In this document: positions 12,188-25,074 of the stretch, one piece after another
How positions within the stretch are numbered: position 1 is the first letter of the stretch
Layout: each line of letters starts with the position of its first letter
Assembly (NCBI GenBank): GCA_951406725.2
Contig: OX597815.1
Span: 28,644,001-28,708,000, forward strand
Direction of reading: 5' to 3'
DNA from: Octopus vulgaris
Lineage: Eukaryota
DNA length: 64,000 nucleotides
Made by a program: the position numbers and the translations under genes
Notes under the pieces: generated by a model
What the model was told of the DNA's origin: nothing
The model's input: the letters and a program-made list of their open reading frames with translations, nothing else
The model's database searches: none

Positions 12188-14197
12188 TTTTTACAGTAAT
12201 CTGATGGGTTACCCTATACTTTTGTAGAGTACAAATTTATTATTTTTAAGCAAGAATTTTGTTAACAGTGACTTCGAAGCTATGGCCAACTAAGCCATCG
12301 TTAGAGTATGATGCATTAGAGATAGTCTTGCTTTTATATAGTCTCTGCTGAGTAAAAATCTTCCTTGGGTGTGTGGGTTTCAGTGGAATGGTAATTAGGT
12401 TTTTAAGGCTGGTTGTTATGGAGGGGTGTTTTAGAAAATTTTAATCGGTTTAACTTGGGCTTATGTTATTGTTTAGAATTTATTCCTGTATGTAGAACTT
12501 TGTAAGTGTTTTTCTTTTGTTAATTGGGCACAAGGTGTGACAGTATTTTTGTTGCATTTGGTATTATTGAATTTAAAACTTCTGATTTGACAATAGAAAG
12601 GTCAACAGTACAAAGTCCAATATCTAAGCACTTTGTATTTGGATATATCAACTTTTTTCAAAAGGATGTAGGTAGATGGCAAGTCCCATGGTGACTTAAA
12701 TGGCCAAAACTTTGAAGTCACTGTCAAAAGCATTCTTGTTTAAGAACTATATATTACTGAAATAGTATCAGAATCACTGAAAATATTTTGCTCCGTGGAC
12801 TTTAAACGATATTAAATCCTTTTGAATGTCCTTAATTTTGAAGTTCATGAATTCATCTGATGAAAGCGGTTTTTTTATCATGATGTAATGTTTTCATTAA
12901 TCAATTAAAAGAGTCATTAGAAATGGCTGTAATGGATTGACTAGTTCCTCTACTCTACCACAACTGTTACTAATTTATATATCTATATATATACATACAC
13001 ACATATATCACGTGATCACGTGACCGACCAAACTATCAGATGTTGCTACACATGCAATTGTTTTAGCCTTCAAATGAAACCAATGTTACTTATCCCATAG
13101 TTCTTACCAATACACCAAGGAAAATTGAAATAAAATACGTAAATATTTGCAATATTCACTTTGGAGATAAAACAGTGTTCAGTTTAACGTATAGGTGTCA
13201 ACATGTGGTATGTACTATGGAAGAGTACATTGTGCTTACCTTAATGTGAAAGTGTTTGAGAGCAAAAAGTTTAAGGTTAATTATGATGCCCAATTTACTG
13301 GAAGTTGTATATATTGTAGGCTGAACAGTTTTCCTTCATTTTATTGGCCTCATGACAATTTTGAAAAGGTTCACTGTGTTAAGATTCACTATCAATCAAT
13401 TTTCCTTATTTAGAAGAGACAGTCAACAGTTTTAACATCTCAGGACATTTGCTAGTGTATATGCATGTATATATATATATAGCCTTGTGAGTAGATTTGG
13501 TTGACAGAAACTGAAAGACGCAAGCCATAAATATATATATATATATGGCTTGCGTCTTTCAGTTTCTGTCAACCAAATCTACTCACAAGGCATTGGTCGG
13601 CCCGAAGCTATAGCAGAATAGTGCTGTACAGTGGGACTGAACTTGGAATCATGTGGTTGAGAAGCAAGCTTCGTACCACACAGCCATGCCTGCACCTATG
13701 ATTTTGTTATTTATTTTTATTACAGTAAAATATTTACAATAGCAATAATTTACAATAATTTTCTCTTATTGCAGCTCTGACTGTCTCCACTGAAGAACAA
13801 CTGATGTGAATTAAGAATCTACTCAAATATTATGTGAAAAATCATACATTGCCACTCATCTCGGCCAGATATAACGAAGATACATCAATCAATCTTGTGT
13901 TCTTCATGACTTAGCAATTATATATTTTGGATGGTACTTAGTGGACACACTGAAGAGACAGTGTAAATGCCAGATATTGTTTTCTAAAATATATATAAAG
14001 TACATAATATGTTTTCTAAATATGTGTCAAATATAGTAGATAAAAATTATTAAATATTTTTCATAACAAAATTCAGGACAATTTCTTTTTTGCTTTATTT
14101 TAGTATGGAATACTGGAATTTTGTGCAACATTTTATGTAATCATACACTAAGTAGACAACAAATTGCAAAGACTTATTGGAAGACTGATTCAATGTA

Positions 14198-14199
<2 letters not shown>

Positions 14200-14269
<70 letters not shown>

Positions 14270-14302
14270 ATGTATGTATGTATGTATGTATGTATGTATG
14301 TA

Positions 14303-14339
<37 letters not shown>

Positions 14340-14538
14340 ATGTATGTATGTGTATGTGTGTATGTGTGTATGTATGTATGTATGTATGCATGTATGCATG
14401 TGTGTATGTGTGCATGTATGTATGTATGTATGTATGTATGTATGTATGTATCTATGTATGTATGTATGTGTGTGTGTATGCATGTATGTATGTGTGTGTA
14501 TGTATGTATGTATGCATGTATGTATGTATGTATGTGTA

Positions 14539-14569
<31 letters not shown>

Positions 14570-14845
14570 ATGTATCTATGTATGTATGTGTGTGTATGTA
14601 TGTATGTATGTATGTGTGTATGTATGTATGTATGTGTATGTGTGTGTGTGTATGTATGTATGTATGTATGTATCTATGTATGTATGTGTGTGTATGTATG
14701 TATGTATGTATGTATGCATGTATGTATGTATGTATGTGTATGTGTGTGTGTGTATGTATGTATGTATGTATGTATGCATGTATGCATGTGTGTGCATGTA
14801 TGTATGTATGTATGTATGTGTGTATTTATGTATGTATGCATGCAT
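14200..14845. repeat. Long (TG)n/(TATG)n compound microsatellite
   Basis: Directly visible. Confidence 0.97.
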
Positions 14846-15199
14846 GTTTGCTTGCTTGCACACATGTATTAACGTTCAAATACATACATGCTCACATGTA
14901 TACATGTTTACACATCTAACATGCAAACATGCACACACATGCAAGATGCAAGCATGGATGCAATTGCATAAGTGAATCATATTACATGCTAAACTTCTTG
15001 TATCTTCTGCATATCTTTGACAGTGGCTTGAATAGCCTGTAAATGTAATCCTTTGATCTGGCATTTTTCTTTCAAGTTTTGTGAAACCCAACTTCATAGA
15101 TTGGTACTGAGTCTCTTAATCATGTAAACAACATTTTTAGTTATTGTAAATAGAAATCTGAAGCTATAGTCTGTAATGAGAAACTGCAGATTTCTCACC

Positions 15200-15880
15200 A
15201 TAGACATTTTTTTTCCTGCTAATCTTTAACATTATGTAAATATCAACAACACCAGTCTTAAGGAGTCTACTAGTCAACATAACTTGGGCATTATTGTCAA
15301 CAGCAATTAGCTTTGGACAAACCACATCTCTAAAATTGTCATGAAGGCTAAGGGGTTTCTTAGCATTACTCATAAAGACCTTTTAAGCTATCTTTTTAAA
15401 GCTGCATATGGCTATAGTACATTTATATGTAGAGTGTGTATCACCAATCTGGAACCCCTATCTAGCTCAGCTTATCAATCCCCAGGAAACTGTTCAGAAA
15501 CATGCAACCAAACAAATACCCAATGTCAGGCATCTGCTATATGCTGAATGCTTTGTTTTCCGAGGCATGGACACATTAACTCACCAAACATCTGGCAACT
15601 GACTTGGTAGGCACTCACTAGATTATCCACCATCTTTCCAACAACAACTTCGAGCACCTTCTTGAATTCCATGTCTAACACTCATGGACATGCTTACAAA
15701 ATCAAAAAACAACACAGCACCCATGACTTTCAGCACTCATTTCTTCATGCTCAGAATTGCTGAAGCATGGAATAAACTACCCACATCAGTTGTTAACTGT
15801 CAGGACACTACATCCTTCAAAACTTCCATGCTTCTTGAAATTCACCACCAGTACACCAGTACACCTGATGCCTACCTGCT
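15200..15880 (+). mobile_element. Decayed CR1/L2-clade LINE 3' fragment
   Basis: Motifs LGIIVNS..LWTNHISKIV, VECVSPIWNPYL..ETVQKHATKQIP and FFMLRIAEAWNKLPTSVV. Confidence 0.75.
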
Positions 15881-15900
15881 TCTTTTTTTCTTAAACAACT

Positions 15901-16135
15901 CTGTGCCGGTGGCACGTAAAAAGCACCATCCGACCGTGGCCATTGCCAGCCCCGTCTGGCACCTGTGCCGGTGGCATGCAAAAAGCACCTACAACACTCA
16001 TGGAGTGGTTGGCGTTAGGAAGGGCATCCAGCTGTAGAAACATTGCCAGATCAGACTGGGCCTGGTGCAGCCTTCTGGCTTCCCAGACCCCAGTTGAACC
16101 GTCCAACCCATGCTAGCATGGAAAACGGACGTTAA

Positions 16136-16168
<33 letters not shown>
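15901..16168 (+). mobile_element. Family-D retroposon
   Basis: Near-identical to 9560-9828. Confidence 0.85.
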
Positions 16169-16171
<3 letters not shown>

Positions 16172-16927
16172 TCATTCATACTTCACTTCCTATGCATTAC
16201 ACAATGTACAGTTTGTGCACTTTTGGATACTTTTTTTGATGAGTTAAGGTGCATGGCTCAGTGGTTAGAGTGTTGACCTCACAATCATAAGGTAGTGAGA
16301 TCGATTCCTGGACTGCATTGTGTGTTGTATTTTTGAGCAAGCACTTTATCTCATGTTACTCCAGTTCACTCAGCTGTAGAAATCAATGGCCAAATCAGGT
16401 GCCAAGCTGTATCAGCTTTTGCCTTCTCCTTGGACATTATGTGTACTATGCAGAAAGTCATAAAGGACTGCATTCAGCTTAAGTGCAGCAGGTTGCACAT
16501 GCTTGCACTAACTATAACCATGGTTTTTGAAGTTGCTTGATTAAGATGGACCCTTGTAGAGGGAACCATGTGGACAAATAGTCAATACAACCAATGGGTA
16601 CATAAATGTTTCAGTGAGATCTTGTGTAGATAGCAGTCTAATAAAAATTACAACGACAATCCCCACTGATATCAAAAACTAGATTTCTTCTGTTGACTGC
16701 AGCCAGGTGGGCTCTCACATTCTTGAAAATATGTTTGAGGTTAGAGATGCCATCAACATGAAAAGCAATAGTTAATATTTAATCCAGTGAACATCAAATA
16801 TATCACCACCACCACCACCACCACCATTTCATCATCATCATCATTTAACATTTTTTTTCCAAACAGGCATGGGTTGGACAAAAATTAAAAATACTTAATG
16901 CAGTTCGGAAAAGGCAACATTAATGCA

Positions 16928-17252
16928 ATCATCATCGTCGTTTAACATCCGTTTTCCATGCTAGCATGAGTTGGACGGTTCGACCGGTGTCTGGGAAGCC
17001 AGGAGGCTGCACCAGGCTCCAGTCTGATCTGGCAGTGTTTCTACAGCTGGATGCCCTTCCTAACGCCAACCACTCCGTGAGTGTAGTGGGTGCTTTTTAC
17101 GTGCCAGGCGAGGCTGGCAACGGCCTCGATCGGTTGGTGCTTTTTACGTGCCACCGGCACGGAAGCCAGTCAAGGTAGCACTGGCATCGGCCACGTTTGG
17201 ATGGTGCATTTTACGTGCAAGACGGCGCTGGCATCGACCACGTTCGGATGGT
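16928..17252 (-). mobile_element. Family-D retroposon
   Basis: Same core and subrepeats, reversed. Confidence 0.8.
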
Positions 17253-17727
17253 GTAATATTTTGATTAGTTCAGTAAGTATGGGAGACAACTCTAGGCTTG
17301 TTTAAGTTTTATTAATCATTCTGAGAGAAGCCTAGGCTTCAACATATTGTATTTCCATCCTATAGACAGTTAGTCTGATTTTATTAGAGCAATATTGAAA
17401 AAAAAAAAAAGAAAACACTCTGTTTATATAACTGTAATGTTTGCATAAATGCACGCAAGCACTGTATACAATAAGATCCTCATTAAGGCAGTGAGTTAGC
17501 AGAACTATTAGCACACTGGACAAAATGCTTGCCGGTATTTTGTATTTTGTTCATCTTTACATTCTGAGTCTGAATTCCACTGAGGTTAACTTTCATCCTT
17601 TCAGGGTTGATAAAATAAGTACCAGTTGAACACTGGGGTTGATGTAATAGACTTACCCCTCTCCTCAAAAATTGCTGGTCTTGTACCAAAATTTGAAGCC
17701 ATTATTATTATTAAGTTCATCAGTGAA

Positions 17728-18062
17728 GGCACATGGCTCAGTGGTTAGAGTGCTTGGCTCACAGTCACAATCTAGTGAGTTTGATTCCCAGACTGGACTG
17801 TGTGTTGTGTTCTTCAGCAAGACACTTTATTTCACATTGCTCCAGTTCACTCAGCTGCTGGAATGAGTTGCGACGTCACTGGTGCCAAGCTGTATCAGCC
17901 TTTGCCTTTCACTTGGATAAAACCAGTGGCTTGGAGAGGAGGGGGCTGGTATGCATGGGTGACTGCTGGTCTTCCATAAACAACCTTGCCCAGACTTGTG
18001 CCTTGGAGGGTAACTTTCTAGGTGCAATCCCTTGATCATTCATGACCGAAGAGGGTCTTTAC
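17728..18062 (+). mobile_element. Family-C tRNA-derived CORE-like SINE; partial copy at 16248-16437
   Basis: Head ggcacatggctcagtggttagag, B-box gagtttgattcc, core ttcttcagcaagacactt..tgctccagttcactcagctg. Confidence 0.8.
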
Positions 18063-18461
18063 ACTTTTTTACCTATCTGGAATTATATTATCCCCTGTAT
18101 TCTAAACAGTAGGTTGTAATTTGAGACAGATTTCACTCTTATTTGGTTAATCTAGAGCTATAACAGAAGACACTTACTAGGTTCCACGTAGTACCCAAAA
18201 CCATATGGTTTGGAAGCAAACTTCTTAACAACACAGACCTGCCGGTTTATTAACCATAGACTAGTTCACAGATTAAATTATAAACAGTGTCCAAAGTGTG
18301 ACATAAAGGAATAATGTTGAAATATATTAATGACATATCACATTATCATATACATGTTGCGTTTATTACAAAAATACTTCTAGATTTATTCATTCTTACA
18401 AAAGTTCTTTTGTTAGACTTACAACCTTAAGAATGTCATTTTATCATTATGTCATTTAAAA

Positions 18462-18682
18462 TTATAACTCTTTTTTCTGCAAGTCCTTCAGAAAGGATGT
18501 TACATTGAAATTCTTTACCATCTTCATTACTTTGTTCATATCTATGTTAGAGGCAACGTCCGAAATAAATTTTGAAGCTAGTTCCTTCCAGTTATTTTGA
18601 TCCAAAATTAATTTAAGTGGGTCGTCATTGAGTTGTTTTCCTTTTTTCTTGGCCTTCTCCTTTTTCAAACCATTGCAAAATA
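18462..18682 (-). CDS. Gene B last exon: small signal-peptide protein ending in KKEL, (V)FCNGLKKEKAKKKGKQLNDDPLKLILDQNNWKELASKFISDVASNIDMNKVMKMVKNFNVTSFLKDLQKKEL*
   Basis: Minus-strand acceptor tcttttgtttttacag at 18683-18698 and a 221-nt open frame to TAA. AATAAA signals on the minus strand at 18385-18390 and 18362-18367. Confidence 0.85.
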
Positions 18683-18894
18683 CTGTAAAAACAAAAGATT
18701 TTTTTTCTCAAAACAAGAAATTAATGTATATTCTTCACTTTTGTTTAAATTTCACAAATCTGTAAAACCAATATAATGGTTTTACTGACTTACACTCAAA
18801 ACACACATACACAAACACAAACACGTACACACACACACACACACATACCCTCACACACACACATGAGGTCTGATTAAAAAGTATTAGGACAAGT

Positions 18895-19248
18895 AACAAT
18901 AACTCTGAGCACCTTTTCAAACTCCACCTGCCTAACACCCATGGACATGTTTACAAAGTCAGAAAACAGCACAGCTCCCATGACTTTCGGAAACATTTTG
19001 CTGCCGGCATCAGTTGTTAGTTGTCGGAGCACTGCATCCTTCAAAATTTCCATGCTTCCTGAGATTCGCCAACACTACACCTGATTTTCTCCCCTCCATA
19101 CACACGCAAGTATGTATCTGACTCATACACTGTTCACTCCCCAGACATTTGTACATTACTGCATATGCTTTATATGCACTTTTGACAAGTTGTGATGCAC
19201 CTGAGCACTGTATACAATAATTTCATTATTATTATTATTATTATTATT
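18895..19248 (+). mobile_element. CR1-type LINE 3' tail with (ATT)n; reverse-oriented sibling at 2947-3186
   Basis: Homologous to the 3' end of 15200-15880. The two short copies are near-identical reverse complements. Confidence 0.7.
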
Positions 19249-19289
19249 TATAGGTACTACAAAAAAAAAACTACACCACACATCAACCT

Positions 19290-19600
19290 GGCTTTTAGTA
19301 ATTCCTTCTGAAGCCATACCAGCTTTGTTTCCATTCATGGAAGCATTCCCAGAACTTCATTTTTGGGATAGCAAGCAAGCTGCCTTGTAACATTTTCTTG
19401 GATTTCCTCACCATTTTGAAATCTTGTTCCTTTCAAGCCTTGGTTTCGGGCATTAGCCATAGACCTACAATTTGTCACCTCTTATGATCCTTTTTAACAT
19501 AATCAAGGAGACCCTGCTCATCAGAAACCCAATCTTCTTTTTGAAGTGACTACACTCTTCACACTTCACTTCCAAGCACTGCTATAAACAGCAGAAGTGA
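19290..19600 (-). mobile_element. Internally deleted mariner relic in the intron of gene B
   Basis: Minus-strand remnants resembling ITGDETWVYGYDPETK (IRGDKL*VYG..PETK) and RFQNGEEIQENVTRQL..IPK..FWECFHEWKQSW. Confidence 0.6.
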
Positions 19601-19750
19601 ACAAGAATGTTATAATTTAGTGTGCATGTGCAACAGAGTTCAAGGTCAATCTGTGCCAATTGGCTTCCCTCTGCTTACTTTAGCTTTGTCAGCACCTCTT
19701 CAGCAATTAGCTTATTAATATGATTCATTAATTCAGAGAAATATACTTAC

Positions 19751-19796
19751 CTGAAAATGTGATAAGAAGAAGCAGCATAAAATGTATAGACTGCAT
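19751..19796 (-). CDS. Gene B first coding exon: signal peptide MQSIHFMLLLLITFS(V)
   Basis: Exon 19751-19815 is bounded by acceptor ttatttgtttcag and donor cag|gtaagt. ATG at 19796 in acaATG context. The phase-1 intron joins in frame to the 18462-18682 exon. Confidence 0.85.
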
Positions 19797-20063
19797 TGTG
19801 TATGTTGATTATTACCTGAAACAAATAAGATAAATGTATGTTGATTTTATTCATTTATTTATTTTGATAGATCTGAGGGAGGGGCAGAACCTATATCTTT
19901 TGCAGGCACTCCAAGATTATTCGGTTTGACACAGCTAATCTTTCCTTTAAAATGTTGCAAGTCAGTGACTGCTATAAACATACGAGCAGAGAGATATTTT
20001 TAGAAGGAATACATTTTAGGGAGTAAGGACTTGTTTTAGTCGTTAGTGTATAACCCCTGTATA

Positions 20064-20612
<549 letters not shown>

Positions 20613-20618
20613 TCATAC

Positions 20619-20660
20619 CTTGGTACTACGGACCTTTCTTAAACTGATTTCGGAAGCAGC
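20619..20660 (-). promoter_or_regulatory. Candidate proximal promoter and non-coding first exon of gene B
   Basis: Minus-strand donor aag|gtatga at 20618, Inr-like TCAGTT at 20642-20647, ETS-like CGGAAG at 20651-20656. Coincides with the end of CpG depletion. Confidence 0.4.
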
Positions 20661-21810
20661 GGACAAAATCACAGCATATCAACAACATCTCTTAACCATC
20701 CATGGTAAGTCAGACTTTAAATTTAAAATGTTGAATTTACTGTTATTATAGTGTATATTTACAGTGTATAGGTATTTCACTGTCAGATTGGATAGCGTGC
20801 TTTATTAAAAGTACAGTACTGTATTTATTATTCTGTCTTTCGTAATGCAGTTGTTGATATTAGCCACTCCTAACGTAACTTAACCTTAGTGTCTATGCCT
20901 ACGATTAATCGGTTTCATCGAACCGATGATCCCTGCTTTTACTCAGTAGTACCGAGGTAGTGTACTCGCAGCTATTTGGTCGTCATTGCCATCTGTTGTG
21001 TCCGAGTTATCTCCCCTAGAATACTGCTTGCTTGTTGTATTAGGTCGAAAAAAGTAATTGACTTGATAAAATGTCTCGCTGTAATTAGTCACGTCCCTAT
21101 ATGCTATGTTTTTAAACCCTACCGAGTCGTCTTCATCTTTCGTCTTTTCAAAATTTTTTAAAATAAGTCCAAGGAATATACGGAGTCCGTGGTTGAATTG
21201 TTAGAATATTAGAGAAAATTACGGACTGTAATAAGTTATCTCCCTTTACGTTCTAAGCTCACATCCCGCTGATGTGAAATTTGCGTTTTAACCATTTTGA
21301 TGTTTATAAAATATAGTTGCAGTAAAGTACTGAGATTAATATATATTCTTATAATGTATCATCTATGTGAATAAAATGACAATAGATACAGTGCACTCCT
21401 TTAGACTGTGACTTTCGACATATAGAAGTCATTACTTCATAGAGTGTGATATCGTTCAAACAACGGTTTGTCAGGATGTCCTCTTTTTACATAAGTGTGA
21501 CAGCTTAAGTATTTTGAATTTCTTCTGTGTCGAGGAAACGATTAATTACTATATTATTAAAGGTGGTGATTTGGTATAATATTTGGTATAATATATACTA
21601 TCGAACTAGATGTCGTGCGGTATATAGTTGCGCTTTTTAATGTTCTGCTTTCGAATCCAGTTGTGGCTAACTTTGCCTTTCGTCCTTCAATGAAATAAAG
21701 AACCAGCTGAATACTGGATCGATATATCTAAACCAGTTCTTTAAATGGATTCCGAGGAACAGTGAAAGTAATCTGAGGCCCCGCTTGATATGGTGTCTTT
21801 TAATAAAACA

Positions 21811-22194
21811 TCTATATATATAAAGCTGAAGTTGTCTGTGTGTGGCAGGTTTGGTAGCCTTCAACTAACACTATCTCCTCCGAGACCCTGCGGCGCAAGT
21901 TGACCAAAATTGAGAGTATGATAGAAGAAGGCTTGCTCTTCCTTCCGTTGAATTCAAATAGGACCATGTTAACACCAAAAATTATTTACATCAAAAAGGT
22001 GCTTTATTTCCTATGAAAATCCCTGTTTTTTACGATTTTTTGACTGCTGTGTCGCCATTTTTCAGTGTATTTCAACCAGAAAAATGTCCACTTAAAGAAA
22101 ATAACAAGCTACATAAATAAAAAATTTTACTTTTCAAAAATTCCAATTCTAAAGGGTCGAAACAAACCCGAGCAACGCCGGGAGATAATGCTAG
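21811..22194 (+). mobile_element. Non-autonomous Helitron (interior type 1)
   Basis: A|TC 5' end, subterminal hairpin cccgagcaacgccggg, CTAG|T 3' end, no TSD. Confidence 0.85.
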
Positions 22195-23499
22195 TGTTTC
22201 ATAAAAAAAACATGTGGTATTTACCATTTTCGAAATAATAAGATATAATTTTTTTTTTCTTTTTGCATTTGAATAAATTCACTTTGTAAAATAGTTTTCA
22301 TCTCATATAATGTCTTCTTAAAATTAAGGTTGTGAGAGCAGTGACGTAGCTAGAACGTGTGTCGTCTGGGTCAGCCCTTGAGTTTACCGCCCCACCTCCC
22401 AAGTATGCAGGAGGTTAAAATGAATGAAATGTGGTAACATTTACATAAAAGGATCAATCAGAATGATTATGTAGATGTAGTTGATATAGTTTGAATTACT
22501 GTAGGTTGACGCCAGTATGGAAGACAAAGGCAAGGAGTAAGGTTTCGAGTGTTGGAGTTCGAAGAAGATGGACTGAGTAAATTATAATACAGAATTTGTA
22601 GAGAGGGGTACAAAATGAATGCTAAGAGGAGGGCCCATTGGATAACCAGTGGCAGGGTATGTATTTTCATAAGCCAAAGAAGCAGAAGACATTGTCGTAG
22701 CAGTAGAAAAGACAGGAACTGTGAATTAGTAATTGTAGAGTGTTGCTGAATAAATCCCTGCCAGTTAATCGATGTTGGGGATGTTCTAGAATGTTTGTGT
22801 TTATGTAGAGCAAAAACGAAGTTCCAGAAATAATTTGATTAGAATAATGTGATTTATATTTGAATTTTATCATTGCAGTTTGGTAGGGCGAGAAAAAACA
22901 GTTATTGGTTGGGGAAAGAAGCAAAGTGTAGAGTGAAATCTTGAGGGAAGGCATCGAGTCCAGTACTAGATTTTGTTGAAGAAGTCATATAATCAACATG
23001 TCAAAAGTGACTGAAACTGTCAGAAAAAGCAGATTTACGAAGGTGAAGAGTCTGTTTTATATTTGATTCAATTTACCACAATTGTGTTAGATAAATGAAA
23101 GCTAAACAAGAAATTAGTAATTTAAATTTGTTCTGGCTCTTTACGTTCTGAGTTCAGTTTCCACCGCGATCAACTTTACCTTTCATCCTTCTAGGGTCGA
23201 TAAAATAAAGTACTAAAAGTGCTGGCTTTGTGCCAAAGCTGAAACCACTATTTTAAATCTATCGTGTTATTTAATCGAACAGCAAGAGTTGTTAGAGCGT
23301 ATTTATTCCGATTTCTGGTGTTCTGAGTTCAAATTAAATCAAAGTTTACTTTGTCTTTTTTCGAGGGTTGATAAATAAAATACTTGTATGGAACAGGAGA
23401 CTACATGCGTGGCAGATTTAATCCGTCACCCAGTTTAGCACCACTATCAGGTCATTGGTGCCTTTATCGGAGTCCTTTCTGTTGCGAACAGTTGAACTA

Positions 23500-23745
23500 G
23501 GCGGCGAGTTGGCAGAAACGTTAGCACGCTGGGCGAAATGCTTAGCCGTATTTCGTCTGCCGTTACGTTCTGAGTTCAAATTCCGCCGAGGTCGACTTTG
23601 CCTTTCATCTTTTCGGGGTCGATAAATTAAGTACCAGTTATGCACTGGGGTCGATATAATCGACTTAATCCATTTGTCTGTCCTTGTTTGTCCCCTCTGT
23701 GTTTAGCCCCTTGTGGGTAGTAAAAAAAAATTTTTTTAATAGGTT
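23500..23745 (+). mobile_element. Family-A SINE
   Basis: Full head ggcggcgagttggcagaaacg, core and tail. Confidence 0.9.
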
Positions 23746-24052
23746 TCCGGTTTGCGGATATTTTCTCTCCTTCCTATCCATCAGCCCCCAAGATTATGTG
23801 AAAGTTCATAGCAACCGTCCTTCCTTCTGACTAAGCAAAAGAAAATATTTGGATGAAAGATAGATTAATTCCGGAGTGATTTCGACTCAAAATCACAAGA
23901 TACCAAACTAATTTTGCACACTGTTTTATTATTAAAAATAATACAATAACGCCATTAACCTGCCAATTCTAAAGACTAGAATTTATTCACTAATGAATAT
24001 AATAACCAATCACCAAAGTTCCATGAAAAAAAAGTTTAAAAGTTCTACTCAC

Positions 24053-24150
24053 GTTCCGCAGTATGTGTATTGTCTTTGTTGGTTCCTGACTGAATATGCT
24101 CCGGTTTAGCATAAAAACGAGTCAGCGCCCTTGTCATCTTAATGACGTGG
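24053..24150 (-). promoter_or_regulatory. Candidate distal promoter and non-coding first exon of gene B, with UPRE-like site
   Basis: Minus-strand donor aac|gtgagt at 24052, Inr-like TCAGTC at 24088-24093, TGACGTGG (UPRE consensus) at 24143-24150. Confidence 0.4.
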
Positions 24151-24843
24151 GCCTCAAATGTTATGACAGTAAAATAAGTGTTATGACAGTTTTCTTCTGT
24201 CATCCTGTTTAACATTTTGTTTTTATCAGCTATTGTTCGACATCTTATCTTTTATTTTTTTCAGTCACTGAACTGTGGCCATGCTGGGACATTGCTTTGA
24301 AGGGATTAGTCGAATAAGTCGACCGTTGTACTTATTTTTTAAAAGTCTAACACTTATTCTATCCATCTCATTTTGTTAAACCGCTATGTCACGGGGACGT
24401 AAATAAACCAACACCAGTTGTCAGGCGGTGGTAGGAGACGCACACACTTACTTTCTCACAGTTTCTGTTTACCAACTTCACTCACAAGGCATTATTCACT
24501 CAAAATATTTATGTAAATCGCTCAAGCATCTTCGATCTGACAAGTATTGCTAAAACTATACCGCGCTGAGGAGATCTAATAAGCCCAAAACATGTTCGGA
24601 GTTGTCACTGAACTTGCCAAACATCAGATTCGCGCCTCATTACATGACCTCGTTCATTTTGTGATTGTTTTTAACTAATATAAGTTCCAAAGTTGTCTTC
24701 CCAGCCCGTTCTGCTCAAAATCAATCAATAAAATAATATCTTTTCAATCGATCACAACATTGATTAATTGACTTACACTTATTTTTTATTTTTTTAGGTT
24801 GCTACGTTAAATATCTGAAGACTCAATCTCGAACATAATAACC

Positions 24844-25074
24844 TATTTCTTTATTACCCACAAGGGGCTGAACACAGAGGGGACAAACAAGGACAGACAT
24901 AGGTATTAAGTCGATTACATCGACCCCAGTGCGTAACTGGTACTTAATTTATCGACCCCGAAAGGATGAAAGGCAAAGTCGACCTCGGCGGAATTTGAAC
25001 TCACAACGTAACGGCGGTCGAAATACCGCTAAGCATTTCGTCCGGCGTGCTAACGATTATGCCAGCTCGCTGCC
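24844..25074 (-). mobile_element. Family-A SINE
   Basis: TSD tcgaacat(a/g)ataacc on both sides. Confidence 0.9.

Noticed and set aside
13008-13024. Double E-box/CLEAR-like palindrome tcacgtgatcacgtgac
   Set aside because: Follows a TA microsatellite, looks like the start of an interspersed repeat, and is not near a supported promoter.
14095-14975. Long ORFs of MYVC, HTYI or YI repeats here and throughout the window
   Set aside because: Translations of (TATG)n, (TG)n and (TA)n microsatellites, with no splice or start context.
23418-23645. Recurrent peptides MRNWYL..RPRKDERQSRPRRNLNSER and ..[21 protein letters not shown] in many ORFs, resembling a gene family
   Set aside because: Translations of SINE families A and B.
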